In this document: positions 54,380 to 62,467 of the stretch, in pieces | Numbering within the stretch: the first letter of the stretch is position 1 | How the letters are laid out: every line of letters starts with the position of its first letter | From: an uncultured Chlamydiaceae bacterium | GTDB lineage: Bacteria > Chlamydiota > Chlamydiia > Chlamydiales > JAAKFR01 | NCBI GenBank assembly: GCA_942490925.1 | Contig: CALNYX010000017.1 | Span: 1,345,159-1,409,158, forward strand | Direction of reading: 5' to 3' | DNA: 64,000 bases | The notes under the pieces: generated by a model | Told to the model about the DNA's origin: nothing | Seen by the model: the letters and a program-made list of their open reading frames with translations, nothing else | Database searches by the model: none | Position numbers and translations under genes: made by a program

Positions 54380-55670
54380 ATACCCGAAACAATTTCTCTC
54401 TGTAATCGGAGGAACCTCTTTTTTTCAACGCACTCTTAAACGAGCACTTTTATTCACTAAGGCTGAAGAGATCTTTGTGATCACTCATGCCGATTTTTTT
54501 CACACAATTGCTGCACAAGCAGCAGAAATCGATACCAAAATTGTCGATAATATTCTGCTGGAACCTGCTCCAAAAAATACAGCCCCTGCCATTGCATTTG
54601 CTATGGAAGCTATGAAAAAAAGAGGTGTCAAACCAAATGAAACGCTCTTTGTCTGCCCCGCAGATCACATGATTGCTCCAGAAGAAAAATTCGCTGACTA
54701 TGTCAAGCAAGCAGATGTTCTTGCCAAACAAGGCAAACTTGTCACTTTTGGAATTCGCCCTTCAAAGCCCGAAACAGGATATGGCTACATCAAAGCCGAT
54801 GGGAATGAAGTGAAAGAGTTCGTTGAAAAGCCGGATTTACAAACAGCTCAAGCTTATGTTCTAAGTGGTGACTACTTTTGGAATTCAGGGATGTTTCTCT
54901 TTTCTATCAATACGATGGAAAAGGAGCTGAAAAAGCATTGTCCAGATTTGAGTGAGCCCATTTCAATCGACTATGCAGTGATGGAAAAATCTGATTGTGT
55001 CGCGATGCTTCCACTTGATTTGGCGTGGTCAGATGTAGGCTCATGGGAAAATATCTACGAACTGCTCGACAAAGATGAAAACCATAACGTCACCCGTGGC
55101 AATGTCATGGCTTTTGACACCAAGAACTCTTTGATTTTAGCGCAAAAACGTCTGGTCTCAACGATTGGACTCGATGATATGCTTGTCGTTGAAACAGATG
55201 ATGTAGTACTAGTTGCACCGAAAAGTGAGTCGCAAAGAGTAAAGGATATTGTTGGTCAATTACGTGATCTGGGTAAAGAAGAAGTCGATGAACATTTAAC
55301 AGTCAATCGTCCTTGGGGAAGCTTTACAGTCTTGGAAGAAGAACCTCGTTTTAAGATTAAGCGCATTACTGTAAATCCATTAGCTACACTGAGTTTGCAG
55401 ATGCATTACCACCGTAGTGAACATTGGGTTATTGTCAGTGGAACAGCGAAGGTGACGATTCAAGATAAGGAAAAAGTCGTACATGAAGGTGAGAGTATTT
55501 TCGTGCCTAAATCAGCGATTCACCGGGTAGAAAATCCAGGGAAAGTCCCCTTAGAGATTATCGAAGTCCAAGTCGGTGAATATCTCGGCGAAGATGATAT
55601 CATCCGGTTCGAAGATGTTTATGGCAGGCTTAAAGAAGATGAATCATTCCGTATTTTGATGAAGAAATAG
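54318..55670 (+). CDS. manC: Mannose-1-phosphate guanylyltransferase with C-terminal cupin (ManC/CpsB type)
   Basis: N-terminal MKCLILAGGSGTRLWPWSR and a cupin region (RPWGSF...LSLQMHYHRSEHWVIVSGTA). It overlaps the GT9 gene by 62 nt. Confidence 0.85.
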   Translation: MKCLILAGGSGTRLWPWSRSKYPKQFLSVIGGTSFFQRTLKRALLFTKAEEIFVITHADFFHTIAAQAAEIDTKIVDNILLEPAPKNTAPAIAFAMEAMKKRGVKPNETLFVCPADHMIAPEEKFADYVKQADVLAKQGKLVTFGIRPSKPETGYGYIKADGNEVKEFVEKPDLQTAQAYVLSGDYFWNSGMFLFSINTMEKELKKHCPDLSEPISIDYAVMEKSDCVAMLPLDLAWSDVGSWENIYELLDKDENHNVTRGNVMAFDTKNSLILAQKRLVSTIGLDDMLVVETDDVVLVAPKSESQRVKDIVGQLRDLGKEEVDEHLTVNRPWGSFTVLEEEPRFKIKRITVNPLATLSLQMHYHRSEHWVIVSGTAKVTIQDKEKVVHEGESIFVPKSAIHRVENPGKVPLEIIEVQVGEYLGEDDIIRFEDVYGRLKEDESFRILMKK

Positions 55671-55703
55671 CCTAAATCTTTTTTTTAGATATACTGCGCA
55701 GTA

Positions 55704-56861
55704 ATGAAAGGACTCATCTGTGTTTTACTTCTGGTCAATACCCTATTTGCTGTTGGTTCAATCAAAGTAGGGGTTCTCCACTCGCTTTCAGGCTCTATGG
55801 TAGATAGTGAGGCTCCTGTTGTGGATGCAACGTTACTTGCTATCGAAGAAATTAATGCCAGAGGTGGAATAATTGGAAAAAAGCTTCAACCGGTTGTTAT
55901 AGATGGTGCATCGGATGATTTAGAATTTGCCAAAGGTGCTAAAAAGCTCATTCTTGAAGATAAAGTGAGCGTTGTTTTTGGCTGTTGGACATCGGCAAGC
56001 CGCAAAGCAGTTAAACCTATATTCGAAGAGCACGATAGTCTGCTATTTTATCCTGTGCAATATGAAGGATTAGAGAGTTCTAACAATATTGTTTACACAG
56101 GCGCCGCTCCTAATCAACAAATTATTCCTGGTGCATCATGGGCATGTCAAACAGTTGGACAACGTATTTTTCTTGTTGGATCTGATTATGTTTTCCCACG
56201 CCGTGCTAATGAAATCATTCAAAAGGTGATTTATGCATTTGGAGGAGAAATTCTTGGGGAAGAATATATTCCACTAGGCAGTCAAAATGTAGATGAGGTA
56301 GTCCAAAAGATTGTAGAGGCAAAGCCAGAGTTAATTTTAAATACACTCAATGGCATCTCAAATCGCTACTTTTTTGAAGCTCTACGAAAAGCGGGTGTCG
56401 ATTCCTTTCAAACTCCAACTATGTCGTTTAGTATTGGTGCAACAGAGCTTATTGCTTATAATCTAATCGACAAGTGCAAGGGAGATTTCACGGCATGGAA
56501 TTATTACGAATCGATCGAATCTAAACAGAACAAACGCTTCATTCAAGCATTTAAGAAGCGCTATGGCAAAGAGAGGCATATTAGTGATCCAATGGAGGCT
56601 GCCTACTTTGGTGTCTATCTTTGGGCGCAAGCAGTTGAAGAGTCTGGTGTTGCAAAAAGCGAAATAATAAAAAACACAATAAAAACGCAGGTACTATTAG
56701 CTCCTGAAGGCATGGTTTATGTTGATCCAGATACCAATCATGTTTGGAAAACAGTAAGAATTGGACAGCTAGACGCCAATGGTGTTTTTAATATTATTTG
56801 GTCTTCTGAAAAGTCGATTAAACCGTTCCCCTACCCCTTAATTTGGGGTTTGAAATCATGA
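55704..56861 (+). CDS. Periplasmic binding protein, UrtA/AmiC (urea/short amide) type
   Basis: Signal peptide, then IKVGVLHSLSGSM...LLAIEEINARGGIIGKKL...VVFGCWTSASRKAVKPIFEEHDSLLFYPVQYEG, very close to the UrtA/AmiC pattern. No ABC permease or ATPase genes are adjacent. Confidence 0.8.
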   Translation: MKGLICVLLLVNTLFAVGSIKVGVLHSLSGSMVDSEAPVVDATLLAIEEINARGGIIGKKLQPVVIDGASDDLEFAKGAKKLILEDKVSVVFGCWTSASRKAVKPIFEEHDSLLFYPVQYEGLESSNNIVYTGAAPNQQIIPGASWACQTVGQRIFLVGSDYVFPRRANEIIQKVIYAFGGEILGEEYIPLGSQNVDEVVQKIVEAKPELILNTLNGISNRYFFEALRKAGVDSFQTPTMSFSIGATELIAYNLIDKCKGDFTAWNYYESIESKQNKRFIQAFKKRYGKERHISDPMEAAYFGVYLWAQAVEESGVAKSEIIKNTIKTQVLLAPEGMVYVDPDTNHVWKTVRIGQLDANGVFNIIWSSEKSIKPFPYPLIWGLKS

Positions 56862-58765
56862 AAATTTTTGTTAAACTTCTCCTCGTATTCCTTTCTCTGT
56901 CTGTCATTCCGCTGATTATCTTTTTTGGCATTGTAAATCATAATTTCTACAACTACTTTCTTGAGGAACAAGAGCTTATTTTAGAAGGGATTGCAGATGA
57001 AAAAATTCAAGATATTTCAAACTTATTCAAGACTCTTCGAAACGAAGCTCAATTGATTGCGAGCAGTGACACGGTCATTGGGTATCTAACAAAACCAGAA
57101 TCTAAAGTTATTAGGAAAGAAGAGAAGTTATTCGATATATTTAGTGGTTTTTATCAACTCAATAACATTTATCTAGTTAATCCAACGGGAAAGATTGTCT
57201 TTGCAATGGAGGAGCTAGGGTTAGATAAGGACTTAAACACCGGCTTTTATAAGCAACCCCCCACTCATGCTCTTATCGAATCAGTCGATGAACTTTCTGA
57301 TAACCTAAAAGTTTTTCAGGGATTTTCTGAAGAAAATGAACTAAGCAAGGTTTTTAACAATACGAAGATTTTATTAGAACCAACTCTATCAAATTTTTCC
57401 TATTTTTCCCCAAGTCGTCAACCCGTTGTGTTTATGGGTGTTCCAGTGTTTTATGAACAGAAATTCATAGGTGTTTTAATACTCGAGCTACCTGATGAAG
57501 TCATCTATAGCATTTTTCGAAACTATAGTTCGCTTGGAAAAACAGGAGAGATGCTTGTTGCAAAACAGGTCGGGCAAAAACTTTTATATCTGAACCCTAT
57601 CCGGCATCAACCCGATGCAGCATTTAATCTCGAAATTGAAATGGGTTCTGATCAGGCACTTCCGATGCAAGCTGCAGTACAGGGTGTTAAAGGTCGAGGG
57701 GTCTCTATTGATTATCGTGGAGAAAAGGTGCTTGCGATATGGAATTATTTCCCTTATCTCCAACTTGGAATTGTTGTAAAAATAGATTTTGATGAGATTT
57801 TCGGACCACTTTATCACATTCGCAATTTGGTCCTTATTTTTGGTTCGATTACATTTGTTTTTGTATTAGGAATCATTGTTTATATTTCTAAAACAATTTC
57901 TCGCCCCATCCAAAAACTGCAAGAGGGAGTCAAGATTGTTGGGAGTGGAAATCTAGATTACAAAGTTAGCAATAATAAGCATGACGAAATAGGTGATTTA
58001 TCAAGAGCTTTTGACCAGATGGTTGAACACCTGAAGGAGTCAACGACATCGATTGAGCGCTTGAATGAAGAAGTTGAACAACGTAAGAGCGCAGAAGAAG
58101 TTAAAGCCGGTTTTTTCTCCATGGTTGCCCATGAATTACGGGGGCCTATTGCGCCTATTCGTGATGGGATTACACTTATTTTAGATGGAGAAGCTGGGGA
58201 AATTAATGCTGAGCAGAAGCGGTTCTTAGGAATCTCATTACAGAATACTAATCGTTTATTAGTTGTTATTAACGATATTCTGGATTTTCAAGGAATTGAA
58301 TCTGGTAAACTCAAGTATAATATTAGCGATAATGATATCAATTCAGTCCTTTTGACGACTGTAGAAATGTATCAACAGATGATTCGTAAGAAAAAACTGC
58401 AACTGGATTTAGACTTGGCTGAAAATTTACCTGCAGCTCCTTTTGATAAAAATCGCATTATTCAAGTGATCGGAAATTTACTAAGCAATGCCATTAAATT
58501 CACGGAGCAGGGCAGGCTTTCTATTAAGAGCTCATTGCAGGGACAAAATCTTCAAATTGAAATTTCGGATAGCGGAGAAGGAATTGCTAAAGAAGACATT
58601 GCAAAGCTTTTCCAAACTTTTGTTCGCCTTAATGTTAAAGTACACGGTACAGGTCTTGGTCTTACCATCTGCAAAAAAATCATTGAGGACCATAGAGGAG
58701 AAATTTGGGTTGAGTCTATTGAAGGGGAAGGGTCTTCCTTTTTCTTTACTCTTCCTGTCGAATAA
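56858..58765 (+). CDS. Sensor histidine kinase (TM, approximately 300-aa extracytoplasmic sensor domain, TM, HAMP, HisKA, HATPase)
   Basis: The likely start, ATG 56858, overlaps the binding-protein stop (ATGA). The H-box is FFSMVAHELRGP. N, G1 and G2 boxes are present (LLSNAIKF, DSGEGI, GTGLGLTICKKI). No response regulator is adjacent. Confidence 0.85.
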   Translation: MKIFVKLLLVFLSLSVIPLIIFFGIVNHNFYNYFLEEQELILEGIADEKIQDISNLFKTLRNEAQLIASSDTVIGYLTKPESKVIRKEEKLFDIFSGFYQLNNIYLVNPTGKIVFAMEELGLDKDLNTGFYKQPPTHALIESVDELSDNLKVFQGFSEENELSKVFNNTKILLEPTLSNFSYFSPSRQPVVFMGVPVFYEQKFIGVLILELPDEVIYSIFRNYSSLGKTGEMLVAKQVGQKLLYLNPIRHQPDAAFNLEIEMGSDQALPMQAAVQGVKGRGVSIDYRGEKVLAIWNYFPYLQLGIVVKIDFDEIFGPLYHIRNLVLIFGSITFVFVLGIIVYISKTISRPIQKLQEGVKIVGSGNLDYKVSNNKHDEIGDLSRAFDQMVEHLKESTTSIERLNEEVEQRKSAEEVKAGFFSMVAHELRGPIAPIRDGITLILDGEAGEINAEQKRFLGISLQNTNRLLVVINDILDFQGIESGKLKYNISDNDINSVLLTTVEMYQQMIRKKKLQLDLDLAENLPAAPFDKNRIIQVIGNLLSNAIKFTEQGRLSIKSSLQGQNLQIEISDSGEGIAKEDIAKLFQTFVRLNVKVHGTGLGLTICKKIIEDHRGEIWVESIEGEGSSFFFTLPVE

Positions 58766-58854
58766 ATATTTTATGGAGTGATTTAAAGAAGAATTTCAGA
58801 TGCTTTTTTTCTGTTTTTTTTTTATAATGAACTCTTTGATATCGCAACCTGTAG

Positions 58855-59790
58855 ATGGCTATGAATCTCATCTTTGTCTTTCTCAACTTCTTTATCTGGG
58901 GCTCCTCATTTTCGTTAGCGAAAGCGGCGATGAAATTCTCTCCTCCTCTTTATTTAACAGGGGTGAGGATGTGTATCGCAGGAATTATTTTACTCGCATT
59001 TCTCCTGCTCTTTCGTAGACAAGATTTTAAAGTGCGCAAGACTCAAATTTTACCTTTGGTTTTGCTGGCTCTTTCAAGTGTTTATTTAACAAATGCGTTT
59101 GAATTTTGGGGGCTTCAGTATCTTACAGCAGCGAAGGCCTGTCTCATCTATAGTCTATCCCCATTCTTAGCTGCGCTCTTCTCCTACTTCCAGTTCCGGG
59201 AAAAGATCACAATACGAAAAATCATAGGCCTCACTATCGGCTTTATCGGTTTTTCTCCAGTCTTCCTTTCGGATTCTGGTTCAGAACATTTACTCGGAAA
59301 ATTTTTGATCTTTTCATGGGCAGAAGTCGCGCTCATTCTTGCGACAGTCACGTCTGTTTATGGCTGGATCTTATTGCGTAAGCTCGGCAAGGATGAAGGG
59401 ATGTCTCCCGTAATGGCAAATGGCTCATCGATGTTACTTGGGGGACTTTTTGCTCTTGTTCACTCACTATTCGTAGATTCTTGGGCACCGACACCTGTTG
59501 TCGATTATGGAGGGTTTTTAAGCTGGGTCATGCTCATTGTTGTGATCTCTAATCTGCTTTGCTACAACTTGTATGGATGGTTATTAAAGCGCTTTACAGC
59601 AACCTTTCTTTCGTTTGCAGGCCTGTTAACCCCACTCTTTGCAGCAATCTGGGGTTGGATGATGCACGCTGAAGGAATTCCATGGCCATTCTATCTCTCA
59701 ATGGGAGTGATTGCTCTAGGACTTTGGCTTGTTTACTCTGAAGAGCTTCGCTTGGGCTACATCGTGAAAAGGTCTAAAGTAGCGCAGTAA
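58855..59790 (+). CDS. DMT-superfamily (EamA) permease
   Basis: About 10 TM helices with duplicated EamA-like halves (FIWGSSFSLAKAAM...). Confidence 0.7.
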   Translation: MAMNLIFVFLNFFIWGSSFSLAKAAMKFSPPLYLTGVRMCIAGIILLAFLLLFRRQDFKVRKTQILPLVLLALSSVYLTNAFEFWGLQYLTAAKACLIYSLSPFLAALFSYFQFREKITIRKIIGLTIGFIGFSPVFLSDSGSEHLLGKFLIFSWAEVALILATVTSVYGWILLRKLGKDEGMSPVMANGSSMLLGGLFALVHSLFVDSWAPTPVVDYGGFLSWVMLIVVISNLLCYNLYGWLLKRFTATFLSFAGLLTPLFAAIWGWMMHAEGIPWPFYLSMGVIALGLWLVYSEELRLGYIVKRSKVAQ

Positions 59791-60514
59791 CTGTCGCATG
59801 CCGTCCGCTTTTCTGAAGGCGACGGTAAGAGAAGAAGTCTGTTTCATTTTCATAGGTGCAAATCGAAGCAATTTCAATATGCTTATCTAGTACACCAGAC
59901 TGCCTGAGTTGCCATCTAGAAATTTCCCAAAAATCAAAGTAAGTGGGCCTAATTTGAAAGGGCCAAAACTCTTTGGGGAGTTCGCTTTGAAAATTGCGAA
60001 ACTCTGCCGCTTTAGGACCGAGGCTAGGAGAAATACCAACAAGCAAGTCCTTAGGATTGGTTTTGTAAAGGAGTTGCATTGTATCGATCGTTTCTTTGTA
60101 GATGTTTGCGACACTCCCGCGCCATCCACAGTGGACATTTGCTAAAGCATGGTGGACAGGGTCATAGAAGATGGCAGCTTGGCAATCAGCATGTAAGACC
60201 AAGAGGCCACGATGCGGTTGATTAGTCACAAGGCCATCACCCTTCAGTTGCTCATCTGAAGCTTCATGCACCACGTTGCCATGCACCTGCCAGAGGGTGG
60301 AGGTTTGATTGAGGTCAAAAACAGAGAGGATTTTCTGACGATTGGCTTTAACAGATTGAGGATCATCTCCTGAGGAGTAGCCAAGGTTTAATGAGTGGTA
60401 GGGCTCCTGGCTGACGCCTCCATGTCGGAGGAAAATGCCGTGTTGAATGGGCAAGCTATCAAATAGTGAAAAATTCAGCCAATGAACCCCGTCTTGTTCA
60501 TGTCTTTGCATCAT
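59774..60514 (-). CDS. pgeF: YfiH/PgeF (DUF152, laccase-domain) protein
   Basis: QVHGNVV, LHADCQAAIFYDP and NVHCGWRG blocks are present. Confidence 0.8.
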   Translation of the reverse strand: MMQRHEQDGVHWLNFSLFDSLPIQHGIFLRHGGVSQEPYHSLNLGYSSGDDPQSVKANRQKILSVFDLNQTSTLWQVHGNVVHEASDEQLKGDGLVTNQPHRGLLVLHADCQAAIFYDPVHHALANVHCGWRGSVANIYKETIDTMQLLYKTNPKDLLVGISPSLGPKAAEFRNFQSELPKEFWPFQIRPTYFDFWEISRWQLRQSGVLDKHIEIASICTYENETDFFSYRRLQKSGRHATVTALL

Positions 60515-60533
60515 AATAGGGGGTTATATCATT

Positions 60534-60570
60534 AAACAAAAAAAAACGCTCGGCTTATGGCCGAGCGTTT
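60534..60570 (-). terminator. Rho-independent terminator of the translocator-like gene
   Basis: On the minus strand, ACGCTCGGC-cataa-GCCGAGCGT is followed by about 9 T. Confidence 0.65.
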
Positions 60571-60579
60571 GTCTATTCA

Positions 60580-61806
60580 TTAGACTGAAGTGTGAGCTGC
60601 TTGAGCTGCACCTGTAGAGATGTGTTGGAAGGCAGCTAAGACGTCAGAGAATGTGCTATAGACATCTGTTGCTCCTTGAATCTCTTGTGTCGCAACGTTT
60701 ATCGACTGCTTTGTCCCTTGTTGGAATACGCGGAAGATGTTAGATGCTAAACTCTGTTGGCCAGAGGCCTCACCAGTCTGACGAAGTAAGTTCGCCTGAT
60801 CATTATACATTGTTGCAAGCTGCGTCGACTCAATACCAGAGACTAAAGTAGGTGTTGCAAACATCCCGGAACCAACGGCTCCAATCAGGAATTTCATACC
60901 TCTTTTCATACCTTTCTTAGCACCTTTAACAGCTAGATCATCAGCCTCTTTACGTAGAGCCTGAGCAGCCTCTTTTGCCTGATCACCCACTGTCTCACCT
61001 AGTGAATCACCTAAACCGTCAACAGTAGCATCGGTAGCTGCTGATGCAGCTTCGGTAATACCACTTGTTGCAGCCTCTCCAACTGTCTCTGTGATTGCAC
61101 TTGATAGGGCGTCGTTTGTTCCTCCCATTGCTTCACTAAGAGTGCGTGTACTAAATTCCATTGGAGCGTCATCAGCTGCAGCTTCACTAGCGCCAGCTCC
61201 GGCATCTGTCACAATATCAGTCAATACGCCTCCTGCAGAGTCAGCAGCGCCCTCAATGGCTGAGTCTCCACCTGCCATAAGTTCAAATTCCTCAGGAAGG
61301 GCTGATTCTGAAGCTCCACCTGTCACCACTCCAGAAATAACTGTGGCAGCGATCACAACAACCATCAAGACCGAAAAGACGATACTCAAGAACTTAAGGA
61401 TTGGGCCCCACTTTTTCTGTTCAGCCTGAATATGCTGGTAGTGCTTAATCGCTTGGTTTTGCTTATTAATCTGCAAGGTTGTCGATCTTAGAACGACATT
61501 TGAGTTGTTAACGTTGTTTCGCTGATCTGAGGCTACAACCTCTTGAGCTGTAATAGCCGACTCACCCATCGTTTGGAAAATCTTAACAAATGCTGCTGCT
61601 AATGTTGTTAAAACTTGTTGGTTTTGTGGTTGTGCTGGTGGCAGTTTTGGACGCTCAACATCCTTAACAGCAGCTTTAAGAGCCGCCTGCTTAGCGCTAG
61701 AGATTGTATCGACTTTTCCCGCTGCTTTAGCGTGAGCGAGTTTTTCAAGTGCTGGTAAGCTAAGAGCTGGACTCTGAGTTTGTACACTACTTGGAGTAAT
61801 ACTCAT
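60580..61806 (-). CDS. T3S translocator-like protein (CopB/CopD-like, tentative)
   Basis: 408 aa with a Ser/Thr/Pro-rich N-terminus (MSITPSSVQTQSPALS). Two separated hydrophobic segments (ILKFLSIVFSVLMVVVIAATVISGVV; FLIGAVGSGMFATPTLVSGI) flank an Ala/Gly/Asp/Thr low-complexity region. It lies directly downstream of a class II T3S chaperone gene. Confidence 0.5.
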   Translation of the reverse strand: MSITPSSVQTQSPALSLPALEKLAHAKAAGKVDTISSAKQAALKAAVKDVERPKLPPAQPQNQQVLTTLAAAFVKIFQTMGESAITAQEVVASDQRNNVNNSNVVLRSTTLQINKQNQAIKHYQHIQAEQKKWGPILKFLSIVFSVLMVVVIAATVISGVVTGGASESALPEEFELMAGGDSAIEGAADSAGGVLTDIVTDAGAGASEAAADDAPMEFSTRTLSEAMGGTNDALSSAITETVGEAATSGITEAASAATDATVDGLGDSLGETVGDQAKEAAQALRKEADDLAVKGAKKGMKRGMKFLIGAVGSGMFATPTLVSGIESTQLATMYNDQANLLRQTGEASGQQSLASNIFRVFQQGTKQSINVATQEIQGATDVYSTFSDVLAAFQHISTGAAQAAHTSV

Positions 61807-61859
61807 ATAATTTCCCCTTATATTGTTATAATACTTTAATCTATTAAAATTACTTAATT

Positions 61860-61888
61860 ATTATAACACTAATTGGAATAAAATTCAA
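61860..61888 (-). promoter_or_regulatory. Near-consensus extended -10 promoter upstream of the translocator-like gene
   Basis: On the minus strand: TTGAAT (61888-61883), a 17-nt spacer, then TGtTATAAT (-10 at 61865-61860), about 54 nt before ATG 61806. The RBS-like AAGGGGA lies 7 nt before the ATG. Confidence 0.45.
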
Positions 61889-61891
61889 ATA

Positions 61892-62410
61892 TTAATTAGA
61901 AGAGTGTTTATCTGTTAATGTTTTCTTAATAAGTTCGCACTTTTCCCCAAGCTCTTTATGCTCAGGTTTAAGTTTACAAAGCTCTATTGTGATTTTAAGA
62001 AAATGTAAAGCATCTGAATATCCCTCAAGATTGAGGAAACAATCAGCTAGATAGAATGTTGGCATAGGATTCATCGGCTCGAGGGCATGAGCTGTATAAA
62101 AACCTAGTGAGGCGTTAATGAAGTCTTTATGTTGGTGGTGAGCAGAAGCGAGTCCATAGATATATTTGAACTCATTTGGATTGAGTTTGGCTAAGACTTG
62201 AAATAGAGTCGCTGCTTCGAGGTATTTGCCTTGATCATAGTAGCCATGGGCAATCGCGTAGATCTCCTCTTCCATCTCATCTGAGACGCCAGAGGCCTCT
62301 TTGAGGGTTTTCCCCTCTTTCTCCATCTTTTGAAAGAGCTCGGCTGCAACCTCATCCAATTTCTCTTCATTAAGATTGTCTAAAATCTTAGCTAATTCGT
62401 TTTTGTCCAT
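61892..62410 (-). CDS. Class II type III secretion chaperone (SycD/LcrH/Scc2 family, TPR)
   Basis: 172 aa. LKEASGVSDEMEEEIYAIAHGYYDQGKYLEAATLFQVLAKLNPNEFKYIYGLASAHHQHKDF matches the LcrH/SycD TPR pattern. Confidence 0.75.
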   Translation of the reverse strand: MDKNELAKILDNLNEEKLDEVAAELFQKMEKEGKTLKEASGVSDEMEEEIYAIAHGYYDQGKYLEAATLFQVLAKLNPNEFKYIYGLASAHHQHKDFINASLGFYTAHALEPMNPMPTFYLADCFLNLEGYSDALHFLKITIELCKLKPEHKELGEKCELIKKTLTDKHSSN

Positions 62411-62467
62411 ATTTATACGTTATAATAATGAGAAAATTATATCAAATGAATTAACATTGTTATTATA

